64,000 nucleotides of DNA from the NCBI RefSeq assembly GCF_006345805.1, contig NC_043013.1, positions 22,196,001 through 22,260,000 of the forward strand. The letters are read 5' to 3'. Each line of letters opens with the position of its first letter. The stretch's first letter is position 1. The position numbers and the translations under genes are program-made. The stretch is from Octopus sinensis. Its lineage: Eukaryota. The notes under the pieces were generated by a model. It was not told the DNA's origin. It searched no databases and saw only the letters and a list, made by a program, of their open reading frames with translations. This document shows positions 1 through 13,077 of the stretch, piece by piece.

Positions 1-871
1 GAGGTGAGGTAAATGATACAAAAGTATTATTAATTATGTACGAGAAGTGGGAGATTAACAAGAGGTGTTCTTTGCATATTAAAACACAGAAATAGAAAAA
101 AAAAGCAAATGCCCATAACGCTTTGAGTCTAAAATTATAGTAAATTGTTGGCAAAACAGATGAAAGATGGTTACATAAATAGATAATGTTTCTATGACGT
201 TTTGGCTTGGCACAAAGCCACAGATGTATTCTGGAGAGAAACGGTCGATTCAGTCGATTCCCTGTGAAAGAAATACCAACAGTTACTTGTGTTTTTTTGA
301 GCTTGGAGAGATAAACGGTTTAGTTGGTCCCCGAAGGATTTGATCTCGGGATATAATGGGTCCTAAATACATGTTAGTTTCAAATTTTGGCACAAGGCCA
401 GCTAAGTTGATTACACTGACCCCAGTACATAATTGGTACTTATTTTATCGGCCCTGAAATGATGAAAGGAAAAAGTCAACCTCAGCAGGATTTGAACTCA
501 GAACGTGAAGGTGGACAAAATGCTGCTAAACATTTCGCCTGGTGCTAACAATTCTGCCAGCTTACTTCCCTTGGCTTTTAAATACATATTACAAGGAATT
601 TTTATCCACCCCTTGATTGGTTCCCTTAGAAGACAACATTGATTTCTGGGTTACAATATTGATTTCTAGAACTAGCCAAAGGTCAAAAATCGGGCAGAAG
701 AACAAGGGTCATACCGACCCAAATAAGTGACTGGTATTTATTTAATTTAACCTGGTAGGATTTGAACTGTGGGCATAAGGGAACATTATGCAGTGCTAAC
801 TAGCTGGACTAATTTATGTTACCCATCACTCTGACAGACAACATGATGTGTGTGTGTGTGCATGTATGTAT

Positions 872-1528
872 ATCTGCGATGAGGGATCAGTTTCTGACTG
901 AAGAATGAAGGCTTTGAATGACCCGTTTGTCTTTTTGTTCGTCCCTTCGTGTATTTCACGTTATTTATTTATGTAAAGGTTTATTATATATTTCGCAGCG
1001 TACGTGCATAATAATTTCTTTATGTTTATCATTTCAAAACCCCTGCACGATGTCTTTAAACTATTTTCTTTCCTTCGATTCCTTCTCTCCCTCTCTCTCT
1101 CGGTCACTGTCCCCTCTCTCTCTTACCCCCTTCTCTCTCTTATCCTCTTGCAACTTGCTGCCTCGTTTCCATCGGCCACTTGTTCAACATGTGTCTCATC
1201 ACCGAAAAGGTACTTATTTTTCCATGCTGTTGATATTGTTTTTGTGTCTCTCTGTTTGTCTCAAAGCCGTAGGGCACCTGTGTCATCCATGTTTTTAACC
1301 GTTACTGTCCCCAAAAAAGATTTTTCGTTTCATGTTCGTCTCTGTTGCGTTTCATTCTTTCCTTCTGTGGCTGGCTGATTCAGAGCGGATCTCAGAATTA
1401 AACAGCCGAAATCTGCGATGAGGGATCAGTTTCTGACTGAAGAATGAATGCTTTGAATGACCCGTTTGTTTTTTTGTTCGTCCCTTCGTGTATTTCACGT
1501 TATTTATTTATGTAAAGGTTTATTATAT
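872..1528. mobile_element. 539-bp unit with 118-bp terminal direct repeat (about 1.2-mer), possibly PLE pseudo-LTR-like
   Basis: 872-989 is repeated at 1411-1528 with 2 mismatches; flanked by (TG)/(TA) microsatellites; no hammerhead found. Confidence 0.55.
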
Positions 1529-1610
1529 GTATGTATATATAATATATGTGTGTGTGTGTATATGTATTCATATATATATGTATATATGTATATGTATATA
1601 TATATATGTG

Positions 1611-1655
<45 letters not shown>

Positions 1656-1667
1656 GTGTATATATAA

Positions 1668-1705
<38 letters not shown>

Positions 1706-1751
1706 CCCAAAAAATGTTACATAGATTTATTAATGGGCATGACAATTTCAA

Positions 1752-1985
1752 ATGACCAGATGAACTGTTTCCTTTCTTTTACTGGTTTCAGTCATTTTGA
1801 TTGTGGCTATGCTGGAGCACCACCTTTAGTCAAGCAAATCGACCCCAGGACATATTCTAGTACTTATTCTATTGGCCTCATTTGCTGAACCGCTAAGTAA
1901 CAGGACGTAAACACGCCAACATCAATTGTCAAGTGATGTTTGGGGGACAAACACAGACACACAACCATATACACACACACACAAC

Positions 1986-2079
<94 letters not shown>

Positions 2080-2120
2080 CATATATAAGACGGGCTTCTT
2101 TCAGCTTCCGTCTACCAAAG
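1752..2120 (-). mobile_element. SINE family B, partial copy
   Basis: Shares ...gactgtggccatgctggagcacc...cgcttgacaaccgatg...gaaactgaaagaagcccgt segments with the copies at 8903, 17820, 27405 and 57055. Confidence 0.75.
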
Positions 2121-2877
2121 AATGAACACTCTGCACCATTCATCACTTTTACCAGTTGTATACTGGAAGGATGAAGGATAAAGTTGAACTCTTTCAGGAT
2201 TTTATTTCAGAAATTTAGCAGGGGAACCTAAATACATGGCATGTAGACATCAGAATTGGTAAAGTTGGAAAGAATATCCTGTGGTCACTTGATGCATCTC
2301 ATCCTTTCACTTCTACTTTGCCATGCAAGCATGGAAAAGTAGTTGCTAAAGTGAGTCCTTCAAAATTTGTTGAAGCAAATTTCCTACAGTCTGATACCTT
2401 TCCTGTCACTAACCCTCACCTGTTTCCAAATAAGGTAATATTTCTTCCATGGCCAGGCATGATTTCCATGCTAATGATGCACATTTAAGACCATCACATA
2501 GTGTCAAGACAAGGGTACAAACAAACACACACGCACACAGACACACACATGCATACACCATGGGCTTCTGATCACCATATCCACTGAAAATCCTTTGTTT
2601 GGCGTAGGGCTATACAAGAAAATACTTGTCCAAGGTACCACATGGTGTGATTGAACTCAAGACCATATGGTTAGGAAGCCTGTGTCACAGTCAATAAAAC
2701 AAGTACAATGATTAATGCAAGGAAGTGCCCCAGTATGGCCTCAGTCTAATAACTGAAACCACAGAAAGAATAAAAGAAGGTTAAGAAACCTGGGTTTTGT
2801 GTGCAACCCGTGCAAACTTCCATTTTCCCATCTTTGTCTTCTTAACATTTTCGTTGTGTTCTCATTTCACTTTACAG

Positions 2878-2995
2878 CCTTGATTTGTATCAGCCAAGTG
2901 AAAAGGTTGTCCGTCGGATCGAACGTCCCAACTGGTTGCTACAGTCAGGCCAAGAAAACCGGTCAGTTTGGATGATAGTCACACCAAAAGTTGTC
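2878..2995 (+). CDS. LMLN: LMLN/invadolysin internal exon (first in window; upstream exons including HEXXH are outside the window)
   Basis: tttacag|C acceptor and GTC|gtaagc donor. Encodes LDLYQPSEKVVRRIERPNWLLQSGQENRSVWMIVTPKVV, matching the recalled LMLN segment LGLYQWSDKVVRKVER...LLVTPRVV. Phase 2 in, phase 0 out. Confidence 0.92.
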
Positions 2996-3384
2996 GTAAG
3001 CTCAAATTTTTATCCAAATATTCAAAACCAGTTCTTCTTATTTATTCTTCCTTATTTACAGCAGCTTTTTTTTTTATTTTTTATTTTATTTCACTTTTTA
3101 CATTTTTGAGGTTGTTTTTGATACGAAAGTATTTTTTGTTATTGTTGTTGGTGTTGTAAATTAGTTTTACTCCATCTTTTCATTATGGCTGTTGTGAATT
3201 TGTTGTGGCATATTCGGTTGTTAATTTTGTTTCTACAGTTTCATATTTAAGAGATGAGGAATTATGTAGATAATGTGCATAATTCTTCTAATTGGTATGG
3301 AGCCAATACTAGACTTCAGTGGGGACATATAGAGAAACTCCATCAAAAACTAGCTTGTCTTTCAAACCATCTAACTTTCCTGTG

Positions 3385-3900
3385 TCATCATCATCATCAT
3401 CATCGTTTAACGTCCACTTTCCATGCTGGCATGGGTTGGGCAGTTTGACTGAGGACTGGCGAGCCAGAAGGCTACACCAGGCTGCAATCTGGTCTGGCAA
3501 AGTTTCTACAGCTGGATGCCCTTCCTAATGCCAACCACTCCAAGAGTGTAGTGGGTAGTTCTGGCAACGACCATACTCAAAAGGTAATTTTTACATGTTA
3601 CCTGCATGGGATCCAGTCTGGCGGCGCTGGCACATATTTGAATGTTGTTTTATACATGTCACCGGCACATGTGCTGGTTAGGCGACACTGGCAATGATCA
3701 TTCTTGAATGGTGCTTTTTACGTGCCACCAGCACAGGAGCCAATCAGCGGCCCTGGCAACGATCACACTTGGATGTGCTTCTAACATTCCACTGGCACAA
3801 GTGCCAATCAGGCGGTACTGTCATTGGCCACGTCAGCAATTTTGATTTTTATTTTACTTGCCTCAATAGGTCTTTGCGAGCAAAATTCATTGTCCAGTGA
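3385..3900 (+). mobile_element. Dispersed repeat family C (starts (CAT)n-cgtttaacgtccgctttccatgc; internal gtgccaccggcac sub-repeats)
   Basis: Homologous copies at 9062-9280(-), 11606-12030(+), 18555-18705(-) and 20600-20970(-). Confidence 0.75.
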
Positions 3901-5084
3901 ATGAGGGGTGGGGGTGTAGATGTAGAAACTCAAAGCTAATACCACCTGGCTTGAATATAATGACACCAGTGGATTCATATAAAGCTAGAAGACTAGCAAA
4001 AAGCGTAGGACATTCCCTTGTCCATGAGAGGATCCAGTACACAAGATGAGGACAAATATCCATCAAATGTAAATAATGTAAATTTTATTTCTGCGAACTT
4101 TATAAATGGGTGTTGGTATGTGTGAAGTGATTTGTGAATCTTGTGGCTTTTTTATGTTTGTGGGGCAAATTAACAGAATGGTTTGAGTGTCAGATAAAAT
4201 GCCTTGCAGTATTTGTTTTTCTACACCCTGAGTTCAAATTCTGCCCAGATTAACTTTATCTTTCTTCCTTTTATGGTCAATAAAGTTCCAATCAAAAGTA
4301 GTGAATTGATGGAATCGGTAAAGCTTTGGATAAAATGTTTTGCGGTGTTTATTTTGTTCCTTTGTGTTCTGAGCTCTTGAATAGTGGTTCCTAGTTTAAT
4401 ATCACTATCAGGTCCTTGGAATGAAATGATTGGGGGGTGATAAGAGACTATGGGGTGCAGTTGTTTGGACGCTGGGAATTTGGAATGGCTGACTGCATGT
4501 GGAAGCTGTTTTGATAATAGTACTTTTTAGCACTGGAGGCAGACACACACATACATAGAAATATACAGACAGAGAGGAAGAGGAAAAGACAGAGAGGGAG
4601 AAAAAGGGACGTAATAGTTTATTAATTGAACATGATCAGTATATATACACTTTTCCCTTTCTTCGGACTCATAAAGGGCAATACAAACAAAACCAGAAAA
4701 GGGGATGGGGAGAGAATATGGGAAACACTAATATCAAATAAATCAAATTAACGATGCCAAATAGGCAGGAATAAAATGGCCAAAATGTCTCCTACATATC
4801 CTTAGATACTTTTCAAGGAATTTTATTGCAAACATTTGGCTAGATTCCCTTTTGCAGGTATCTTCATCATTTTAGTCTCAGAGATCCTAAAAGATAGGAA
4901 AACAGTTCAGAAGCTAAACTCCACCTCCTGATGGAACAACAGAAAATGTCTACGAATTTTATGAATATGTGTGAATTTTGTTGAGATTCTAAAATTATGA
5001 ATATTATTTTTAATTAAGAATTTTCCTCTCCCGAAGAAGTCAATAACCTCCATTTTATCCCTAATGTTAGTTTATTTGTACTTT

Positions 5085-5345
5085 TTATTTATCTAAATTC
5101 TGGTACTTATTTAATCGATTATTTTTGCCAAACCACTAAGTTATGTGAATGTAAACAAACCAACACTTGTTGTCAAGCAGTGGTGGGACACACACACACA
5201 CACAACAGGTTTCTTTCAGTTTCCATCTACTCAATCCACTCGCAAGGCTTTGGTCAGCCTGAGGCTATAGCCAAACACACTTGCCCAAGGTGTCATCCAA
5301 AGAGACCGAACCCAGAACCCTGTGATTGGGAAGTAAACTCCTTAC
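5085..5345 (-). mobile_element. SINE family B copy
   Basis: Reverse complement of the ttgggcaagtgt...gaccaaagccttg body with a (CA)n core. Confidence 0.7.
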
Positions 5346-5485
5346 TGCAGAGCCGCACAGTAAAAACTAAAGAACTAACTTTAAAAACCGATTCCTTTTT
5401 GACTGCGACATCGTATTTTTACCCACAAAAGATCAAGACTCAGATTCGTCAACCATTTTCTTTATTCCAATCTTTATCTTTGCAG

Positions 5486-5623
5486 GAAGAGGTTCGTCGT
5501 CATTTCAATTGTTCAACATTAGAAGGTGCTGAACTTGAGGACCAACTAATGAATGGCAAAACTTTGGCTGATGGTCTCATTGATGGGACAGCTTTTACTC
5601 ATTGGGAGAAACGAGTATTTGAG
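5486..5623 (+). CDS. LMLN: LMLN exon with the third Zn-ligand His (HWEKR)
   Basis: ttgcag|GAA ... GAG|gtatgt; 46 codons EEVRRHFNCSTLEGAELEDQLMNGKTLADGLIDGTAFTHWEKRVFE. Confidence 0.96.
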
Positions 5624-5639
5624 GTATGTTACGTATTAC

Positions 5640-5835
5640 TGGTATTTGTTGGCTTTTTAATCTGCCACTATGTTCTGAGTTCAAATTCCACCAAGGTCGA
5701 TTTTGCCTTTCATCCTTTCGGGGTCGATTAAATAAGTACCAGTTACACACTGGGGTCGATATAATCGACTTAATCCGTTTGTCTGTCCTTGATTGTCCCT
5801 TCTGTGTTTAGCCCCTTGTGGGCAGTAAAGAAATA
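5640..5835 (+). mobile_element. SINE family A, 5'-truncated copy
   Basis: gttctgagttcaaattcc B-box-like segment and ttttgcctttcatcctttcggggtcga body; near-identical to 29080-29252. Confidence 0.8.
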
Positions 5836-6174
5836 GGTATTTGTTGGCTTTTGTTATTCAGACTGATCTAGAATCTAGCAAACAAATGCTCCCAATTGAG
5901 CACTGGGGTCAATGGAATCACCTGCCCCCACCCTCTCCCCAAATTCCAGGCATTCTGTCTTTAATAGAAAGGATTATTATCTCTTACAAAGGAATGGTCT
6001 CCCAAAACCGATTTCAAGAATTAGTGTTTTGCAGTCCTTTTGTATTCCTTGTCATGGATTTGAATAACTACTCTCGTTATTCAAAGACTTCATAAAAGAT
6101 TAATTATTGTAATAACAAACATTAATTTTATTTCTTAATCAATTTTCTTAATATGTTTTTCACTTTATTTCCAG

Positions 6175-6251
6175 AATGAAGCTATGACTGGCACCTACAC
6201 CCAGAACCCTGTCATCTCTCGAATCACTTTGGCATTAATGGAAGACACTGG
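6175..6251 (+). CDS. LMLN: LMLN exon with Met-turn
   Basis: ttccag|AAT ... GG|gtaggt; [26 protein letters not shown], a highly conserved M8 motif. Confidence 0.97.
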
Positions 6252-6776
6252 GTAGGTTGTGGTCATTGTTGTTGTTGGTGGTGGTGGTGGTGGTGGTGGT
6301 GATGGTGTGGTGTGTGGTGGTGGTGGTGGTGTTTAGCTCCAGGTAACTGTTCTCTATTCAATATCACCAAAGCAGACATGATCAAAAGCATTCAAGCTGT
6401 GACCATATTATCATGAGAGGATTTGGCTGTTATGTTTAGCAGCTCATGTAACCTCATAGAGGATCTCTTATTAACTTTGTTTTGATTTGATAAGCATTAT
6501 CATTATTTATATTAATTAAGGTTATAAGCTGGCAAGCTCATTAGGCTGCAGGGCGAAATGCTTAGAAGCTTTTTTTCCAACTTTAATTGTTCTGAGTTCA
6601 AATTCTACTGAAGTCATCTTTGCCTTTCGTCCTTTTGAGGTTGATAAAATAAGTACCAGTTAGATACTGGGGGTTGATGTAATCGACTTGCCCCACCTCC
6701 CTTGAAATTGCTGGCCTTGTGCCAAAATTTGAAACCAGTATTAGTTTCAGATTGTCGAGATGACATAGATTTTTAA

Positions 6777-6996
6777 CCCTTTCGTTACCAACCCGGCTGA
6801 AGCCGTTCCTGGCTCTGAAGTACAAATGTCTTGTTTACATAAGTTTTGAATAAAAATCTTCCACCAAACCTTAGTCACAATTTATGTTCCTAACTCTAGC
6901 TTAATGATAACTAAGTTATTTTACTAAATTCTTTGTTGTTTAAAATTAATTGAAAGAAATACAGAACATCTCAAAATAAATACAGTAATGAAAGGG
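6777..6996. mobile_element. piggyBac-type MITE
   Basis: TTAA at 6773-6776 and 6997-7000; TIRs ccctttcgttac / gtaatgaaaggg (11 of 12 match). Confidence 0.85.
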
Positions 6997-7451
6997 TTAA
7001 AGTAATTAACCATATGTGTTAAAACTTAAGCTGCTAGAAATAGTAGCCAAATTTTCCTCAAAACATACCATACTCTCTTTAAAACATATAGAACACATTG
7101 CATAATGTAGTTTTAGAAAAACTGTTTAAATAAAAAGCAGGATGGTCACGACTAGAATGCTTTTTTATCATTGGTCTCTACTCAATAATTGCAGACATAA
7201 TTAAATACTTTTAAATATATAATTCCATCAGTTATTATCACACTTTAACCAATTTGACTTTTCCTTTTCTGGCAAAGAAGTGCAGTAATAAAATAACTAC
7301 CAGTAATACACAAGGGTTTATACAATTGCAAATCCTTCCTTATAATATTGTAATTAGCATTTATTTTTGTTATTATGTATTTGTTATTCCAGTTGTTAGT
7401 TCTCCGCCTGTTTTTATTAAAGCTTGGTTGTTGTTTTTGGTCGTTTCACAG

Positions 7452-7562
7452 ATGGTACCGAGTGAATTATGATAATGCCAAAGAATATGAATGGGGCAAA
7501 GACTTGGGATGTGACTTTGTCAAAACTAATTGCTATGAATGGATAAAGAATAAATCAGAAAG
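7452..7562 (+). CDS. LMLN: LMLN exon
   Basis: tcacag|A ... AG|gtaacc; WYRVNYDNAKEYEWGKDLGCDFVKTNCYEWIKNKSER; phases match both neighbours. Confidence 0.95.
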
Positions 7563-8032
7563 GTAACCAATTTTGAATTCTTTAATCTTTTCATGACTAT
7601 ATTTCTAAGAAAGTAATAAACTAGAGCTACCAGTTAGATTAAAACTAAAAGTATTGAATGCCACAGACAGAAATAGCAAAGAATTGAAGCACAAAAAGAG
7701 GTACTTTATTGAAGATCCATGGTGAGGGGTGCTGGAAAAAGGGCTGTGTAAGTTGTCTGAGACTGGTGTGATGAATGCAGTTAGTGTTCTTGGACATTTG
7801 TAAGGTGATAATTACAAGGAAGACATGTAAAGAGAGAGAATTCTAGAGAGCCACCATTCTGGACATAGAAACTAATATGGAGTCCAATGGGAGAACTTAA
7901 TATGGGGGTGATGAAAAATGAATGAGTCAACCACCTCTTCATGGAAAAAGAGCCACAGATGAAAGGAAACAAAATGTATGTGGGCCTGAGACTGAGTGGC
8001 CCTTCTTGGGATGTGATCAAGAATGTGTGTAG

Positions 8033-8081
<49 letters not shown>

Positions 8082-8902
8082 GAATTGCAACACCTTTCCA
8101 AATGCCTGAATAATACTTCAAAGCAGGTCCCACTTGAAGTTTGTAGAGAATTTGTGGTTGTTTGTGAGGATGAAGTATTTAGCATGGAACTTTCTCTGAT
8201 GCAGTTTCAGTGCTTTTGAAGATTTGTATTCACCAGATGTTGTTGGTAATGGTGGAGGCATAGCATTTGTTACAATGTTGAGGGTTCCTGTGGTGACATG
8301 GGTGTGATGATGTTTTCTTGATATGTACAGGCATTGGGCTTCTGCTCTCTTTACAAAGACATGATTAGCATGACTTCATTGGAGGATATTTTTTAAGGTC
8401 TTTTTTTCATGGAATCAGATTTACCATGAAGCATAGAGGTTGTATGTAGATGATGTTTAGATCCAAAATATTGGGGGAAGATTGAAAAGGGGAATCATTG
8501 TGTAGAAGTGAGCATTGGCTGGTGATGATGGCAAAATACAAGACACTGATATACAGGAAGAAGGACAAAATTGAATCCTGTGACACCAGTGTTGATAGCT
8601 TTGGGCAGTTGAGAAATCAGTTTATTAGCACTGGGATCCAGCACAATGCAAGACAAAGAATATTATATACTGTCTCTTTCCATGCATGATTCTGTGCCTT
8701 ATTGACTTGACCATTTGCAGAGTTTCCTCTGAAGATAACCTCATTAAAGCATAATGCAATTAGCCAACAAGGGAGCCCTCACTATGTTGCTCAGCCTGGT
8801 GAATAAAGTAACCCCAACTCATTTTAAATCATAACACACCATCTTAAAACAGAAAAAAAAACGGAGGATGTGTGTGCTCACATGCGTGTGTGTGTGTGTG
8901 TA

Positions 8903-9500
8903 TAGGCATGGCTGTGTGATAAGAAGCTTGCTTCGCAGTCACATGTTTCCAGGTTCAGTCCCTCTGACTGACATCTTGGGCAAGTGTCTTCTACTATAGC
9001 TTTGGGTTGACCAAAGCTTTGTGAGTGGATCTGATAGATGGAAACTAAAAGAAGCCTGGCTGTTTGCCAGCCTCATCTGGCCCTTGTGCCAGTGACACAT
9101 AAAAAGCATCCACTACACTCACTGAGTGGTTGACGTGAGGAAGGGCATCCAGCTGTAGAAACACTGCCAGATCAGACTGGAGCCTGGTGCAGCCTCCTGG
9201 CTTCCCAGACTACGGTTGAACCATCCAACCCATGCTAGCATGGAAAATGGACGTTAAACGACGACGATGATGATGATGATGTGTCTTTGTGTATGTGTTT
9301 GTCCCCCTACAATCATTTGACAACTGATGTTAGTGTGTTTATGTCCCTGTTACATAGCAGTTCAGCAAAAGAAACTGATAGAGTAAGTACTACCCTTACA
9401 AAGAATAAGTCCTGGGGTCAATTTCTTTCACTAAAATACCCTTTATGGCGATGCTCCAACATGGCTCCAGTCAAATGACTGAAACAAGTAAAAAAATAAA
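8903..9500 (+). mobile_element. tRNA-derived SINE family B with a nested family C insertion (9062-9280, -)
   Basis: Head ggcatggctgtgtgataagaagc...ggttcagtccc, CORE-like ttgggcaagtgtctt, tail ...gactgaaacaagtaaaa; interrupted by an inverted family C copy. Confidence 0.8.
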
Positions 9501-9528
9501 AGAATTTATATATATAATTCATATAATT

Positions 9529-9690
9529 ATAAATTAGGGTATCTACGAGATACCACCATGCTGAAAATAGCAGCCATGATCTGACTCTAAAACCACCTTA
9601 ATTGTCCATATCGCAAACACTGGTGGTTTTAGAATCAGATCATGGCTGCTATTTTCAGCATGGTGGTATCTCGTAGATACCCTAATTTAT
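9529..9690. repeat. Near-perfect 69-bp inverted repeat with 24-nt loop
   Basis: 9529-9597 is the reverse complement of 9622-9690 with 1 mismatch. Confidence 0.95.
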
Positions 9691-9913
9691 GATTTTAATA
9701 ATTATTCCTTTGAAGGTTATTTTTTCCATGCTGGCCACTTGATAAAATCGTTATTTTATTTTAAATTAACGATCTTATCCTTATTTATATAAATATATAA
9801 TTCATATATGTATATATTAGGTAGATCTAATGAACAGTATAAAAGTCAACACATAATTGACATGGTTTAATAAATCCAGTTTTAGCTGAATGCTTTAATG
9901 GGAAGAGAAAGAG

Positions 9914-9949
9914 TCTTAACATTTTGGACATTAGTCCTTCATCAGAAGA
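9914..9949 (-). ncRNA. Degenerate minimal type I hammerhead motif in a probable PLE remnant
   Basis: Minus strand tctt CTGATGA A GGAC taat GTCC AAAA tgtt aaga; GAAA is mutated to AAAA. Confidence 0.5.
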
Positions 9950-10950
9950 AAGAAAAACATTGAGGGAATGAGAAAAGGCAATACTCAATGAAGGAAAATG
10001 GAAAAAGCAAAATGGACAAGGCATCAGGAACCAGGTGAGAATGTAGTTCTATGAAGAAAGTTGAAAAAAAGGGGGCATAATGTAGGTGTAGGGGTGTGTT
10101 TGTGTCTGGGAACAGGCATGTGAGGAGAGTGGTGTGTGTAGGTTTTTTGGGGGTGTATGAGTCTGTATAGAGGGAAGGATAATGACATAGGTTAGTGGAA
10201 GTGTGAGGTGTGTGTGTATAAGGAGGTGGGAGTGGGTATGAATGTGAGAAAATGGAAGGGCAAGAAGAAAGTGCAGGGTGTAATGGATGCACCCAGACAA
10301 AACAGAACTTCTTCGTGGTTGCTAACTTTGCTAGAAATAATAGTCAGATGGTCTTCAAGCTACACTCTACCATCTTAAAACAACAACACATTGTATAGGG
10401 TTGTCAGGATATATTATTGTCATAACTTGAATGCTTTTGATGAGGGCTGATGTGTTAAACAATAACAACAACAATATCATTACATATAAGGAAAGTAACG
10501 ATATAGATATATGCATTCATACATACGGACGCGTATGCGTGTATGTATGTAAGTGCTTATGTATGTGTGTATGTATGCATTGTATGTGTATATGTACTGT
10601 ATATATATGTGTGTGTACTTTTATGGTTATAAGTGTATGTGTTTTTTGTGGTTGCAATCAATGCAATTGATGCTAAGATCCCCACAGAAAAACCTGACAT
10701 GTATCTCAATAGAAGATCTTCTTAGACATGCTTCTTAGCCATTCTTCTCGTTAAAGGCCATCAAAGCTTCAATCAAGACCTGAAGCTTCAGTTAAAGGTC
10801 AAAGCTGAAGTAACAAAATTTGATCTTTTCAAGAGAGAAAAGAATTACCCTTTTCTCCTAATCGTCTCATTGTTGATTTTGCTTCTCCACATTCTGTCTT
10901 TTTCAGATTCTTTTAATTTCCCATTTCAATCGTTTGCTTTCTCAAATGGC

Positions 10951-10953
<3 letters not shown>

Positions 10954-10981
<28 letters not shown>

Positions 10982-11170
10982 CTTCTTCTTCTTCTTCTTC
11001 TCCTCCTTCTTCTTCTTCTTCTTCTTCTTCTTCTTCTTCTTCTTCTTCTTCTTCTCCTCCTCCTCCTCCTCCTCCTCATCATCATCATCATCATCATCAT
11101 CATTATTATTATTATCATTATTATTATTATTATCATCATTATTATTATTATCATTATTATTATTATTATG
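10954..11170. repeat. Compound trinucleotide microsatellite (TTC)(CCT)(CAT)(TAT)
   Basis: Direct reading. Confidence 0.98.
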
Positions 11171-11605
11171 TTTTGCCATCTGTATTGTGGAGGATGGATG
11201 AGAGCAAATAGGATTTAACATGTTTCAATGTCCCTCTCTGTTCTCAGTTCAAATCCTACCAGTGACAGAAATGGCTTCACACAGAGCGAAATCCTCATCA
11301 CCATTTAACATTCACTTCTCCGGCCTAAAATGTTTTATCGCAGAATTTGGTTGAAGCAAGTTTTGTATGGCTGAATGCCCTACATGTTGCCAACCCTCAC
11401 TTGTTTCCAAATAAGGTATCATTCCCCCACCCCTGCTCCCCATGGCCCAGACATGTTTTTCACAGAAAACTGGAAACAAACAAGCCCATTTACAACCACC
11501 ACATGATGTGAAGACAAGGGTATGCACCAAACACACACACTCACACATGCACATTTACACACACACATACACACACACATGTGTGTGTACATGTGTGCAC
11601 ATGCA

Positions 11606-12030
11606 TATCATCATCATCATCATCATCGTTTAACATCCGCTTTCCATGCTAGCATGGGTTGGACGAATGACTGAGGGCTGGCGAACCAGATGGCTGCACC
11701 AGGCTTCAGTCTTGATCTGGCAGAGTTTCTACAGCTGGATGCCCTTCCTAATGCCAACCACTCCGAGAGTGTAGTGGGTGCTTTTACATGCCACCGGCAC
11801 TGGCTTGAATCTTTTTATACTGGTACCTCGCTTGAATCTTTTTATGCATGCCACCGGCACAGGTACCAGTAAGGTGATGCTGGTAATGATCACGCTCGAA
11901 TAGTGTCTTTTACATGCTACCGGCATAGAGGCCAGATAGCCGCTCTGACAACGATCACGCTCAGATGGTGCTCTTAACACCCTACTAGCACGGAGCTTGA
12001 GTGCCAGTAAGGCGACGCTGGTAACGATGT
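11606..12030 (+). mobile_element. Dispersed repeat family C copy
   Basis: Homologous to 3385-3900. Confidence 0.75.
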
Positions 12031-12318
12031 ATTATTTGTTCTTGCATATATTCCCTCATTGTGGTTGCTTGCAATTTCCGCTTTGGATGTTCCAAGCGCA
12101 AATGGATGCTTAACCGGAACAAATCATCAGGGAACACTTTATTTAATTAAGTTACAGAGAACTGATGCCTGAAGCTGGGGGAAGGTGAACCATTTTATAA
12201 GTATTCTGAGAGGGAATCAGAAAGAAAACTATAGCAGAAATGTAAAGCTGTCTTCTTTTGTCTTCCCTGGACGAGGATAGTCAATGTGGAGCTCTATATC
12301 TAACAGCAGCAGTCATAC

Positions 12319-12364
<46 letters not shown>

Positions 12365-12944
12365 TGTGTGTGGGTGTCTTTCAGTTTCTGTCTACAACAT
12401 CCACTCACAATGCTTTTGTTGACTCCTAAGCACTTGCCAAAAGTGCTTTGCAGTGAGATTGAACCGAAGACCGCATGATTAGGAAGCAAGCTTCTTCAGC
12501 ACAGAGCTACACCTGTATAGCAATATCTAGTTTTGTCCCTGGTGCCAGCTTCATTTGTCGTTCTTCTGGAGTCGAGAGAATAAGTGCCATCTATAAGTGT
12601 AAGTTTGTAAGGGAGTTCGGAGGGAGAAATCTGGATTGGGTTGAATTGCTGAGTTTCTGTTGGGTACCAACAAGCCAATAAGGAAGCCTCTGTGAGGTTG
12701 GCCAGCCAGCTAGAAATAACAGCCAAGTCTCCTAGCAGTCATACCATATCGTTGTCTTGAACAAGGATGAGTGCCTTGGAACAGTGGTTTGCTCTCCTCA
12801 TCCTCCTCTATCTTCTTCCTCCTCCTCCTCTTTTGTCATCATAATTATCATAATCATCTTCGTCACCATCATGATTATCATCATTAATCAATTAGTTTGC
12901 TGAAATAAATAAATATTGTCTTAATTGTTTGTTTTCTTACATAG

Positions 12945-13077
12945 AAAGGAGAGCATCCATCCCTTTTGTAACCAGGTGAAATGGGGACAGTTACACACTG
13001 ATTGTACAAACAACCGGCACTCTGTTGCGGTCTGCAATTTGGTTCAGCATAAGTCACCTTTGCCAGAGAAATATCAG
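12945..13077 (+). CDS. LMLN: LMLN exon
   Basis: acatag|A ... CAG|gtcagt; KESIHPFCNQVKWGQLHTDCTNNRHSVAVCNLVQHKSPLPEKYQ. Confidence 0.94.

Noticed and set aside
1-2877. Additional upstream LMLN exons, including HEXXH
   Set aside because: No matching peptide with splice sites was found; they must lie before the window.
7700-8650. Possible LINE RT remnant on the minus strand
   Set aside because: Too degenerate; no diagnostic motif could be read with confidence.
10870-11221. Poly-S/L/K/R/H ORFs
   Set aside because: Compound trinucleotide microsatellite.
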